Source: Cyanidioschyzon merolae (taxonomy: Eukaryota). From it: a stretch of 64,000 nt of DNA. The stretch's first letter is position 1. Each line of letters opens with the position of its first letter. Location of the stretch: NCBI GenBank assembly GCA_000091205.1, contig AP006502.2; one strand, given 5' to 3'. The translations under genes were made by a program, and so were the position numbers. Below, one piece after another: positions 21,560-31,840 of the stretch. Under the pieces are notes generated by a model, which did no database searches, was not told the DNA's origin, and worked only from the letters and a program-made list of their open reading frames with translations.

Positions 21560-23490
21560 CATTTGTTTCAGCTAAATGAGCTTGATGGCGAAAGCAGCGC
21601 GGAAACGTGCACGTCAGTTGTGACTGCTTCTGAATCAAGCACCGATGAACGAGGATCAGTGTGTTCGCTCCCCGAAAGCCTCATATCAGCAACACGAGCA
21701 GATCACTGGACCCCTGTGAACGCTCTATGGACAGACGCGCGTCCAAGCGCCATTTCCTGAACACCAGGCCACAGCTTCCAAGACCGTGAACATCTCACAA
21801 TGCGTTCACGAGGTGGTTACGAGCGCCTTCGCGAAATGCAACCTGCAGCATCCGCAGGTGAACGAGAAGCTTTTCATAACAATGGCTAGCGTTCAGCACG
21901 ACGCTCATCGCTGCGTATGAATCAGCGGATAGATTTCTTCATGGTGTATCGTCGTTGTCCGCGGACTGATGGATGTGCATTCTCGATCGAGGCGGGAACA
22001 CGAGCGTCATCCGCGAGTCCAATGAAGCGCTGAACCGGGACTAGGTCGTCATGATCGCATCCCAGTCGCGCGGATGTGCTGCGGTAACACCGCGAACGAA
22101 GGCAATGAAAAGCACACATAGGACGACGCGCTCATTTCGGTGCTTTCCTTTCACGGACTGCATATCTATGCGCACCAAGGCGCCAATGAAGCACGGTGTA
22201 TGCCGGGCAAGCACGTCTCAAGGGCGTCGACATCTAAGGCACGCGGTTGGGCGGCGTAGCGCAGGTCACGGTGAACGCTCTGGGAGCGCTCTGAAAACAT
22301 CTGGGTGCGTTTCGCAGGATGACGAGCACCTAGGAGCCTCGAAAGTACCGCCGCTCCTTGCATCGCTATGTCCACGACATTGTCTTACGGGGCGACGTTC
22401 GCAAAGGCGCCACATCGAGCGAGTCTCTCTGCAGAAGCGAGCAGTTTCGCAGCAAGCGTGGCGGTATATACCACCACCGCTCGCACCTATGGCGCTACTG
22501 GTTCAACATCAGTGACATGGACAGTGTTTTCCGCATCCCAGAGCGTCCGATTCGATGCACCCAAGCGCAGTTAATGAATGGGAAAAAGGAAACGGGGCGA
22601 GGCGGAAGCATTCGAGAACCCGTTCTCGTGTGTTGCCGTGGACATTGTCGCCTTTATAACGATGCATCGGAAGGACACAGTTAACAGGATGTCTTCTTAT
22701 CCACAAAAATAACGTTCAAAACTTTGCCCATGAACATGATGCATACGCACAGCACCGGTTTCTGGTGCTCGTTGCGCTGGTGCTCGCCTCCGCGCAACAG
22801 CAGGTGTTTCCGTGCAGGCCAGTGCCACTTGTGCCGCCAGTTTCCGTTTCCGCACAGAGCACGCATCGCATAGTGCTTGCTCTCTGAACACAATCAAATC
22901 CAATAGTGTCCACAGCCGTGAAGATCACAAACTTGTAGCGTGTACTCTGTTACGGACGCGTGCTCCAGTGCGCACCACATGCTCGGGCGCGCTAGATCAG
23001 TAAAACGAGTACCCAATGACTATGATGAAGGCGCTATCCAGCCACAGACTCTAATATCTTTTCACTGCCCTTCGAAGAGATTTCGACGTGATGGAAAGGG
23101 TCAAGCTGTTGCGGCACTGCACAACCAGATACGTCAGTGTCTCGACTGCGACACCACGTGCTACCAGTAACGCGGGCAAAGCTGGTCTACCACAAACCAA
23201 CCAGTGCCTGAAAGTATCACATCATTTTTACAACGAGCTGCAGCAGCGGTGATACCGAAACGTCCAGAACAAACACCACTGAATACGTTCACGGCCAAAG
23301 GTTCCGTGTGAACGACTACGCTCGCAGTGTGGCACTTCTGGCGAGAACGCTACGCACATGACGTTGAGCAAAGCCTGAGCTTGAGGCGGCAACCTCGACA
23401 CCGGCTTTGACGCGTTGACTTGCAAGTCTCTACCTGGTCGCGCTACAGGCGGTGCCTCGAGTGGCCTCAAACACGAAGAAGCTGCCTAGG

Positions 23491-25092
23491 ATGAGTAGAA
23501 AGCAAAGCTTGCGCCTTGGAAGCCTATGTTTCACATCAGTGCCGTCCGACCTGGGCTGTGTGAGGCGACACCTCCAGTGTGCCCAGCGGTCATGGTCACA
23601 ACCCGCTACGCAGCACAAGGCCAGATTTTGCACCCTGTTGCGAAGTTCCGCAGTCGATCGCCGAGTTCAACGAAAGCAAGACTGCTCTGTTCTCGGAGAG
23701 CCAAGCGGTAACGCTTGCAGCAACTCCACGCCCAGCGCTGCGAGCGCTCACCTAGCGCGACTGCTGGTGCACTTCAGTAAGAGAACGGGAGCCAGTATGC
23801 TCGGTATCCTCGGGGCGTTGCTCTTCTCTACAACCGCGACGCTAGAGAGCGATACGCGGGTCCAGCTGCCTCCCAGTCATCAGCTCATGATAGCGGGTCC
23901 AGTTCAGGCACTCACGGATGAGCAGTTTATCGTGGCGGAGGCGTGGCACCTCGTTGATCGCAAGTTCGTCGACCACGCACAAATTCAAAACGACTGGAAC
24001 AAACTGCGGTTAAAATACCTGCGTCGATCGTACCGCAGTATGGACGATGCACACCAAGCGATCCGCGACATGCTTCGAACGCTTGGTGATCCCTATACGC
24101 GCTTCCTCAGCCCAGCAGAGTACAATAGCTTACTTGCCGCAGCGCGTGGCGAGTTGGTCGGCATTGGTATTGAGCTCGCACCTCCACGTATCGACAACAG
24201 TGAGGATAAGCAGCATGCTACCGGCACATCGAAGGAGGCCGCACCACCCGGACGCGTCTCGGTGGCAGCGGTGCTCGATGCCTCGCCTGCTGCCCTGGCA
24301 GGCATCCGACCCGATGATGAGATTTTGCTGGTCGACGGAGAGGAGACAGGCGGTCTCTCACCTGATGAAGTCGCAGCGCGGATTCGGGGTGAAGCCGACT
24401 CTTTCGTGCGCTTGCGGATACACCGCAGAGGCGAGCGCGAGCCGCGCGATCTCGTTATCAAGCGCACACCGCTCCGGCTGGATGCGTTGTTGGCACGCGG
24501 CCCTGATCCAGAAGGTGTCGCTTACATCAGGATTCGCCAGTTCAACGAGAATACGGCTGAGGAGCTACGAGCTGCGGTCGAGAGAATGGCAGCGAACCGG
24601 AGTGCACCGCTGCAGCTCGTGGTCGATCTGCGCAGCAACCCCGGAGGCTACTTTCCTGATGGTGTCGATGCGGCGCGACTTTTCCTACCAAAAGATCGAA
24701 CAGTAGTCTACACCGTTGACGCCAAGGATCGCGTGAAGGAGCTTCGTGCTCAAGAGGACGGACCACTGCTCCGAATGGTACAATCACCGGTTTGGGTACT
24801 GATCGACCGCGGCACTGCGAGCGCGAGCGAGATATTCGCCGTCGCATTACATGACAATGGTGAGGCGAAACTCATCGGTTCGTGCAGCTTTGGAAAAGGT
24901 GTCATTCAGACTGTTCAAGGGCTTCGTGATGGAAGCGCCGTCGCGATCACAACTGCCCGATACGAGACACCGAAGCATGAGAACATCAACAAAAGAGGAG
25001 TGTGTCCGGATATTGTGGCGACTTGCAAGGCACCGCCTCTCAACTCCGAGACAGCAAGTATACGCGACGCGCTTGCCTGCCTTCCGCGTTAA
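23491..25092 (+). CDS. ctpA: C-terminal processing peptidase (S41A family, CtpA-like), predicted plastid/thylakoid-lumen targeted
   Basis: PDZ region GELVGIGIELAP..GRVSVAAVLDASPAALAGIRPDDEILLVDGEE. S41 catalytic region LVVDLRSNPGGYF, LIDRGTASASEIFAVALHDNGEAKLIGSCSFGKGVIQTVQGLRDGSAVAITTARYETP. N-terminal transit-like region then a hydrophobic stretch MLGILGALLFSTTA. Start is uncertain: first ATG is 23491, track start is GTG 23452. Confidence 0.8.
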   Translation: MSRKQSLRLGSLCFTSVPSDLGCVRRHLQCAQRSWSQPATQHKARFCTLLRSSAVDRRVQRKQDCSVLGEPSGNACSNSTPSAASAHLARLLVHFSKRTGASMLGILGALLFSTTATLESDTRVQLPPSHQLMIAGPVQALTDEQFIVAEAWHLVDRKFVDHAQIQNDWNKLRLKYLRRSYRSMDDAHQAIRDMLRTLGDPYTRFLSPAEYNSLLAAARGELVGIGIELAPPRIDNSEDKQHATGTSKEAAPPGRVSVAAVLDASPAALAGIRPDDEILLVDGEETGGLSPDEVAARIRGEADSFVRLRIHRRGEREPRDLVIKRTPLRLDALLARGPDPEGVAYIRIRQFNENTAEELRAAVERMAANRSAPLQLVVDLRSNPGGYFPDGVDAARLFLPKDRTVVYTVDAKDRVKELRAQEDGPLLRMVQSPVWVLIDRGTASASEIFAVALHDNGEAKLIGSCSFGKGVIQTVQGLRDGSAVAITTARYETPKHENINKRGVCPDIVATCKAPPLNSETASIRDALACLPR

Positions 25093-25120
25093 GCGCATAT
25101 AGGGTAGACTAGGAAGGGGA

Positions 25121-25154
25121 GGAGGAGGAGGAGGAGGAGGAGGCGGCGGCGGCA
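25121..25154. repeat. (GGA)n/(GGC)n trinucleotide microsatellite
   Basis: aggaaggggaggaggaggaggaggaggaggaggcggcggcggc. Lies in the convergent intergenic region between CtpA and the S9 peptidase. Confidence 0.9.
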
Positions 25155-25514
25155 GAAACATCTGTATCCCAGTCCCTGCGATCCGTGGTGGGTGCGCGTA
25201 TTCCAGTGCCTGACGAGGCACCACCTGGAGACGCTCGAGCCGTACCACACGTAGCAATGGTTTCGGGCGAGGCCCTGCCCAGGATCTCCCACGATCAAGC
25301 ATTCTCTACCGCGATGAGCATCTTCGAGGGGCATAAACCTGGCACAAAAAGGTTCTTTGGCCACAAAATGTGCCAGTTTCAGCGGCGAGTTGCTCAGGTG
25401 CGCTCCAAAGCTCCAATGCAGGAATCCGGGTGCTCGTCTGCGTCTCGAAGAAATGACGTTCAGAATCGATGCTGGATACTGCTCACTCTACTGCAATCGG
25501 ATTTCAGCGCGGCG

Positions 25515-28508
25515 CTAGGCAGGCCGCGAAGCAGACCCCCTGACATGATCATCAGCATCATCAGCATTGCTCGCGGGGAGGAATTTCAACAGCCACGCGA
25601 GGCACTGGATCCAAGCGTCATCGAAACTGGGCGAATCCTCAATCGCATGATTGCTGCGTGGATAGAAGAGTACCCGGAGCGCTTCAGCCTGGGTACGAAT
25701 CGCACGTGCCCATTGAAAACCCTGCGAACACGGGACGCGTTGGTCTTGTCCACCGATCTGCAACAGGGTCGCTGCTCGAACTCGATCCGCATGCGATATG
25801 GGTGAACACAAACGCATACGTTCCAGCTCGGCGAGTTGCGGCACTCGATGAATGTTGCCTGGCGTACTCGACGCAGATGCATCTCCAATGCCGTCGTTGC
25901 TGTCGGACGTCGAGCGCTCGACGCCTCTTTCGAGCCCTATCTCGATGCCGCATTCGTGATAGCACCAGTCTGCAATATCCGTCTGCGACACCATTGTGGC
26001 AATATCGACGACAGGATTACGCAGGACAACCGCACGCACGACTGAAGGGCGCACGGCGCTGAGGTGCGCCCCCAGGAAACCCCCATGACTCCCGCCGACA
26101 ACACCGACGCGCCTGCGATCAATAGCGCTCCACTGGGGGTACCAGCGTCCCGAACTTGTGCCGCTGCCGTCGTTTTCGTTGTCAGAGCGACCCCCGTCGC
26201 CTAGTGGCTGGTGCTCGCCTCGGAACCAGCGCCAAAAATCAGCGTTCTCCAGTGCGCATTCCATGGACAATACACATTCTTGAACGTCTTGCTCGCCAAT
26301 CTTACCGAGCAGGGAGCGAAGTCGAGCCTCGCCCTGTCCCAGTGAACCGCGGTAGTTCGGCAGCAACAGCACGCAACCCAGTCGAGCGAGTACCGCCACA
26401 CCCGGATTCCACACGTTTGCCAGGTAGCACGCGTGCGGGCCACCGTGCAGCACCAGTACCAGCGGTACACGGCCGTGCGCATCAAGCAGCGCGCCCCGGT
26501 TCGGTGCCACCACGATCGCCTCGAATCGATCCGGGGGATTCGTCGACACAGACGAGAGCCAGCCGCCCGCTGACAGCGCCAACGACGCGATACCAATGCG
26601 GTAGGCCTGGTTTGCAGCCCCGTAACCCAGCGTGACGGTGCCGAGACTTGCTTCGGTGTTGCACCATTGCATCCGGTGACACTGGTCGCTGGGTGCAAAG
26701 CACCACTCGCTCACGCACTGAACCGTGCGAGTAGTCCCCGAGTCCGCAGCATCCTCCTTGATCAGCCGGGCGGCGAGCTCAATCGTCGGCGCCGTCAACA
26801 ACGTCATGCTGGTACCGACCACGATGTCCAGAGCCAGACGCTGCGGATGTGGCTGCGGCTGCGCTTCCCCATCCGTAGGAGGCTCCGGTAGCCAGCTGCG
26901 CTTCACTGCCAGCACCTGATCCATGCGCTGGTAGCACGCGTGCTCAGACTCACCGATGAACGCGAGCGCTCCAGTGCGGCGATCGAGCAGGACAGGTCGC
27001 GCTCGGCTGCCGACGACTGCGTTCAACACAATCCATTCGGAGCCAAAGCATCCGTCTGCGCCCTCAAGCAGCACCCGAGCTGGATTTAACGGATAAAACC
27101 CGCCGGGCCATTCGCCAAAACGAGGCCACGTTTCCCCGTTCGGAGCCAGAAAGCGACGACATGGACCAAGGCGAAGCGTGCGTTTCGGTTCATCGATGAG
27201 CAGCAGCGGCGCCTCTATGATCCAGTGCGCAGTGCAATGCGGTGCATCGCAGGGTGCCTCCGCCCACACCAGCAGCGCATCGCTGTGCAATCGTGGACAC
27301 GTTCGACTGTAGTACCAGGGCGCGTCTGCATCGGCACCAATGACCACCTGTACATGAGCGACGAGCGCAGATCCGTCTGCATCAGATTCACTTTCCTCGA
27401 TTGGACGACGTTCCAGCAGAGCAACAACGATCACGCTCGGACGATTGGTACAGTACACGTGTCCGCGCGGCACATCCGTGCGCCGTTGCCGCGCGATCCA
27501 GACGAGCACATCGCCGCGGCACTGCGGATCCGCGGCATCGGCATCGGCGATCGCGGGCGCAGCCCCGGTGATCCGCAGCGCACGCACGCGCCATGTCGCC
27601 GGTTGATCGGCAGCTGCGTGCAGCAGCGCTTCGAGCGTGTACAGGCGCGGGGCGCGCTTGCCGACAAACTGCTCTCCGTAGTCGTCGATATGTCGGAACG
27701 CCGAATAGCTGGGCCACGGCGTGTTCTGCTCTGGGCTGGTTTTTGTTGTCAGGGAATTAATGTGTGGTTGATCTGAGAGCGCTGGGTTCGGATGCGTTGG
27801 TTGCAATTGCTCCGCCACGTAGAAGAAGGCCATTTGTGTTGCGCTGTATGCACAGCCTCCGAATAGCGCATCGCTGTAGACGTCGCCATGAACCCTGTCG
27901 GTCGGGATGCAGCGTACCAGGTGTGGTGCGCTCGGGTTTCCGTTCGCGAGCTGCTGGCGCTGCCAAACTTCTATACGTGCTGCATGCGGCGAGGATTTTG
28001 ATGTGTTGGCGGACGTGTCCTTATCCTTGTCGCGAAAAAAGAGCAGTCGGTACGCCACCTCATCTGAGTCAAATTTGAGTACGTGTTGCGTCTCCTGCGC
28101 GGCAGCCGCTGGTGGCGTTATTCGCTCGATCTGGAGGAGAGGCATAGCGGCGTTTCGTTTCGAGCCGCTGACGGGTATGGAAGGTGGCTGGTTTGCCCTG
28201 ATCAGGAACTGTTCCCAGTGCGTGTATCGGTACTGGTGTCCGATGCGCGGCTCTCTTTGCTGCCGTTCTATTTCAACTGTGACCAGCAGACACGGCGTCT
28301 GTGGGCTCTTTGGAGGCGCTTGAAGCGCTGCATCGCGGGGCTGGCTAGCCGTATCCGCTGTCTCCAACGAGGGTGGCGGTGCGCGCGTCCAGAACCAGGA
28401 CGTCGACAGCGCTGCCGACACTGGCGTCGAAGTTTCTCGAGTAAAGTTCTCGAAAATCTTCGCAGCGAGTTCCTCTTCTTCCAGAGTGTTAGGGTCCTCG
28501 CCAGCCAT
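25515..28508 (-). CDS. Acylamino-acid-releasing enzyme-like serine peptidase (S9C, APEH-like) with N-terminal extension
   Basis: C-terminal catalytic domain colinear with APEH: LHGGPHACYLANVW..LLLPNYRGSLGQG, nucleophile GVVGGSHGGFLGAHL, VLRNPVVDIATMVSQTDIADWCYHECG, LLQIGGQDQRVPCSQGFQWARAIRTQAEALRVLFYPRSNHAIE. ~1000 aa versus ~730 for APEH. First ATG is 28508 (track start TTG 28673). Confidence 0.8.
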   Translation of the reverse strand: MAGEDPNTLEEEELAAKIFENFTRETSTPVSAALSTSWFWTRAPPPSLETADTASQPRDAALQAPPKSPQTPCLLVTVEIERQQREPRIGHQYRYTHWEQFLIRANQPPSIPVSGSKRNAAMPLLQIERITPPAAAAQETQHVLKFDSDEVAYRLLFFRDKDKDTSANTSKSSPHAARIEVWQRQQLANGNPSAPHLVRCIPTDRVHGDVYSDALFGGCAYSATQMAFFYVAEQLQPTHPNPALSDQPHINSLTTKTSPEQNTPWPSYSAFRHIDDYGEQFVGKRAPRLYTLEALLHAAADQPATWRVRALRITGAAPAIADADAADPQCRGDVLVWIARQRRTDVPRGHVYCTNRPSVIVVALLERRPIEESESDADGSALVAHVQVVIGADADAPWYYSRTCPRLHSDALLVWAEAPCDAPHCTAHWIIEAPLLLIDEPKRTLRLGPCRRFLAPNGETWPRFGEWPGGFYPLNPARVLLEGADGCFGSEWIVLNAVVGSRARPVLLDRRTGALAFIGESEHACYQRMDQVLAVKRSWLPEPPTDGEAQPQPHPQRLALDIVVGTSMTLLTAPTIELAARLIKEDAADSGTTRTVQCVSEWCFAPSDQCHRMQWCNTEASLGTVTLGYGAANQAYRIGIASLALSAGGWLSSVSTNPPDRFEAIVVAPNRGALLDAHGRVPLVLVLHGGPHACYLANVWNPGVAVLARLGCVLLLPNYRGSLGQGEARLRSLLGKIGEQDVQECVLSMECALENADFWRWFRGEHQPLGDGGRSDNENDGSGTSSGRWYPQWSAIDRRRVGVVGGSHGGFLGAHLSAVRPSVVRAVVLRNPVVDIATMVSQTDIADWCYHECGIEIGLERGVERSTSDSNDGIGDASASSTPGNIHRVPQLAELERMRLCSPISHADRVRAATLLQIGGQDQRVPCSQGFQWARAIRTQAEALRVLFYPRSNHAIEDSPSFDDAWIQCLAWLLKFLPASNADDADDHVRGSASRPA

Positions 28509-28882
28509 TTTCGCTGCAGACAGCGGAATCCAGTTGCACAGGTCGCTCACGAGCAGAGGGACCCTGTTCGTGAGGAATGGCGCGCCCAAGTGCCGGCGCC
28601 CGAGCAGACGCTGACGAGGCGGTGATCCCAGCGGCTTTGCCAGCTGGCACCAGCAACAAGAAACGCCTTTCAAAAGAAAAACGTTGTCGTCGGTGGTGTA
28701 CAGTAGTGGCGACCAGCGCCCTAGACAAGAAGTCTCTAACTAACGTGCAGACGCCTCCCTCTCTTTTTGGACCGGCCACCTACTGCTACTTCCAATTTTT
28801 TCTCATATGATTCAACCTTAAGAGGTTGGCCCACAAAATTCTCTATTGTCACCTCCGGAGGTCTCTGATCCATCACCGCGCA

Positions 28883-30823
28883 TCACCTAATGTTGATTGC
28901 GGCGTTAAAATCTCGGTTTCGAAACTCCATCCGTTTCTTTCCATTGATTGTACTTACTAATGCAAGCAGTCCTCGAAATTTTGCTCTCCTTTCCATTCGC
29001 TCTTCTGTCAGCGGTCCGTACTTTGCTCTGTTCTCAGGGCTCCTCTGGCACTTTTCCATCTCCACTCTCTGAAGTGTACACCCCAGCTCATGGTAGGTAT
29101 ACAACGTTCGAAACTCATCTACAGGTATCGTAGCGAAACGCCGTGCACACTCCTTGTACGCTCTCGTCGTTGGAGCTGGCGTGGTCGCTTTCTTGGGCGC
29201 CTAGCGCCCTGCTCCGTATGCCACTACGAGCCTCTGACTTTCATTCTACTCGAGGGCGCTCAACTGGCTGAAAAAGATCGCGAATGCATGCTGCTTCCCA
29301 CAGTATAGATGCATTCGCAGAGGAGCCCACCGGGACTTTGTATACTCTTTCCGCAGCGCCTCCCAATATGCAACACGAACTTTCATGAATTTCCGAAAAG
29401 CTTCAAATTCCGCTCCTCGGCTAGTCACCTCGCTCAAAAATTCCAGGTGCTCTTTCAATCCTGCATTCCACGTCTCAATTTTCTTCCTTGCGTTTATCAT
29501 ACCGGATTCTCGATAGTATCTCGCTCTCGAGAATCTCAACAGACGCATGTCCTTCTGACGTAAGTTGCCGTCGTTACCATCTTCCCCACGCTTCGGTGCT
29601 GTGATGGTGATGATATTTGTGTGGCCGGGGTCCGCGCCAACGATAAAATCGTTCTCATGCACTTTCTGCATCGCAGGATTCGCCTCCTTCTCATCTTCAT
29701 GCTTCGTCACGGCCGCAGCCGAAGGCGGAACTGGACGATCTGCCTGCAACCGCCGATAGTGAACACACTTGGATACTTCATTAGTTTCGATCACCCCCAG
29801 TAAATACCTTTTGTTTGCTGATTTTGAGACGTTTGAAATCGAAGATATTCCCCCAGTACGTCTCCCGGTTTTCGCCGGAGAATTCCCCCCTGCTAACACT
29901 GAACTCGGGACTGATCTCCTTCATGATGCCAGGAAGGACGCCGGAGTCGATAGTCACGAAATGTGACTTGATATTGCACAACGAAACCACGTTGAAGCGC
30001 TTCCCCATTAGGACAGCCTTCCGTCTCTCCCACTCTTCATTTGTCTCTTCACTCAACTTCATTTCCGCCTTGCGTTCGAGCTCTCGGTCCAGAAACACGA
30101 AATAGCGCAGGACGAGGCAATAGTATCTTTCCTTCTCTTTTTTCAACGCTAATATCTTGTCTGTTGGATTTGCCAGCCCCAGTACGGCACGGTGCTCTCG
30201 TATAACCGCACGGATTAGAGAAGCTTCATTCGTGCTCCTGCGTGATGTCTTCTCTCCGACGAATTCGATCTGATCTTCATGCTTGCGATCGTTCGTGATG
30301 CCATTGATAATCGCCCATTTTCCATTGCGAGAGATGCTCGGGTAGAGCGCAAACACGGCGCGTATCATGAAACGTTCGAGGTTTACGATCAGATGGTTCT
30401 TAGGGTTCGCGGGGTACTTTTTTTACACCGTATTCGTAAATGCGCCAGTCACTCCTGTATCGAGCACAGCTGAAGGGTATTCAACCTAACTTTCGTGGAG
30501 GCGTGCACGAGGTCATTCCTCCTTGACGTTTCCCCTGTGTCAAACATCAGGTGACGAATAGAGGTCCTGGTGAAAAATTCTTCCCGATCTTCGACTCTTT
30601 TGAGGTCTGTTACGTCTTCGTACAGCTCTTTCTCCAAATGCATCAGTCCTGAGGAAGCGTTACAGACGCTGCTGGAGTACGTCTCGATACGGTTTCTGAT
30701 GGCCTCTTGCAACTTTAGCTCGTACGCCTCTTTGGTATGCTGAGAATGTCTCCTGGGCTTATGCTTCACGCTCTCCCCAGTGGCAGGTGCTTTAGAAAGA
30801 TCTGGGCAGCAACACGTCCGCAA
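28883..30823 (-). mobile_element. Decayed TnpB/Fanzor-like (OMEGA-family RuvC nuclease) element on minus strand, broken into 4 frames, AT-richer than flanks
   Basis: Minus-strand ORF fragments 30449..30823, 29781..30368, 29246..29899, 28883..29104 are colinear but frameshifted. The third carries a RuvC-I-like IVGADPGHTNIITIT. The last ends in EFRNRDFNAAINIR (RuvC-III DRDxNAAxNI hallmark). GC is visibly lower (~45%) than neighbouring genes. Confidence 0.55.
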
Positions 30824-31840
30824 CGCAATTCATTCTGCGACTAGGGGCAGTTAACCCGCGTCCGGGCGTCGCTCTAGTCGCAGTGGACTTCTATAACAAC
30901 GCTTCGCGTTGTTGTGGGCAGTAATTCTATCAGCACAATTTGCTAGTTCCTGGAATGATTATGCGCCCGACCCCTTCTCAGATGAAGCATTCCTCGTTCC
31001 GACGCCCTCATTGACACAGTAAAAGCCGTTCTGTCTCCGTGATGCATCTGCACCAGCGGTATAACTGCTACTGCGGGTGCAGCCAGGCAAGCACTCGGCA
31101 CACGAGAGAATACACGAAACAACCAGTACATCCGAAAGAAAGCATAACTAATGGAACCTGGAGGTACGTTGCAGCATGACGGATGATTTTTCCATTCCGA
31201 ATGCCCATCCATGCCGCAATCCGGCATCCACGGTCGATGGAAACGTTCTGTCATCGGAAAACAAAACTCAGCTACAGCGTGTCGGGTACCGGGCATCCCC
31301 GTACGGCCAGCAGCGGGGCTTCCGACGCTGCAGGGGGCGCGATCGTCGTCGCGTTCCCGCGAATCCCCGATGAAAGGCGCGAGGCCACCTCAGCCGCCAA
31401 TTGACATCCAGCGGATGATGCGCGACGGCGGCACTAGGGGATCGTTTCTTGAACATTTTCAAGCCACTGGGCGCCAGCGACGGGAACGCTAGGCGAAGCA
31501 CTCGTAGGCGCTTGTTGAATCGGTGCGTCTTGGGTGAACGGCGCATACTTGCAGGTAATCGGACTGCACAGAGAGCGCAAGACGCTTGGACTCGAGCAGC
31601 AGCATCGAGGCACGTTTCTCCAGCTGTGTCGAAGAACGGGGTTCGACGGGGCGTTTGAGGCTCACTGCTGCACGCCCACTATTTTATTTGATTGCGCTGT
31701 TTCCATAAAAGTTGCTTTTGGCACAGCGTTGGGTGTCGGCGAGCACCAGAAGAGGGCTTTCGTCGAGATAGAAGCGGGGCTATTAGCGAGCTCGTGAAGT
31801 TTGCGCGTTCAGTTCGCGACGCGGGCGACGTTGCCTCGCC

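Noticed and set aside
26156-27776. Several 150-180 aa ORFs on both strands inside the APEH-like gene
   Set aside because: They are antisense or out of frame relative to a CDS with strong family colinearity, and Arg-rich low-complexity. Spurious.
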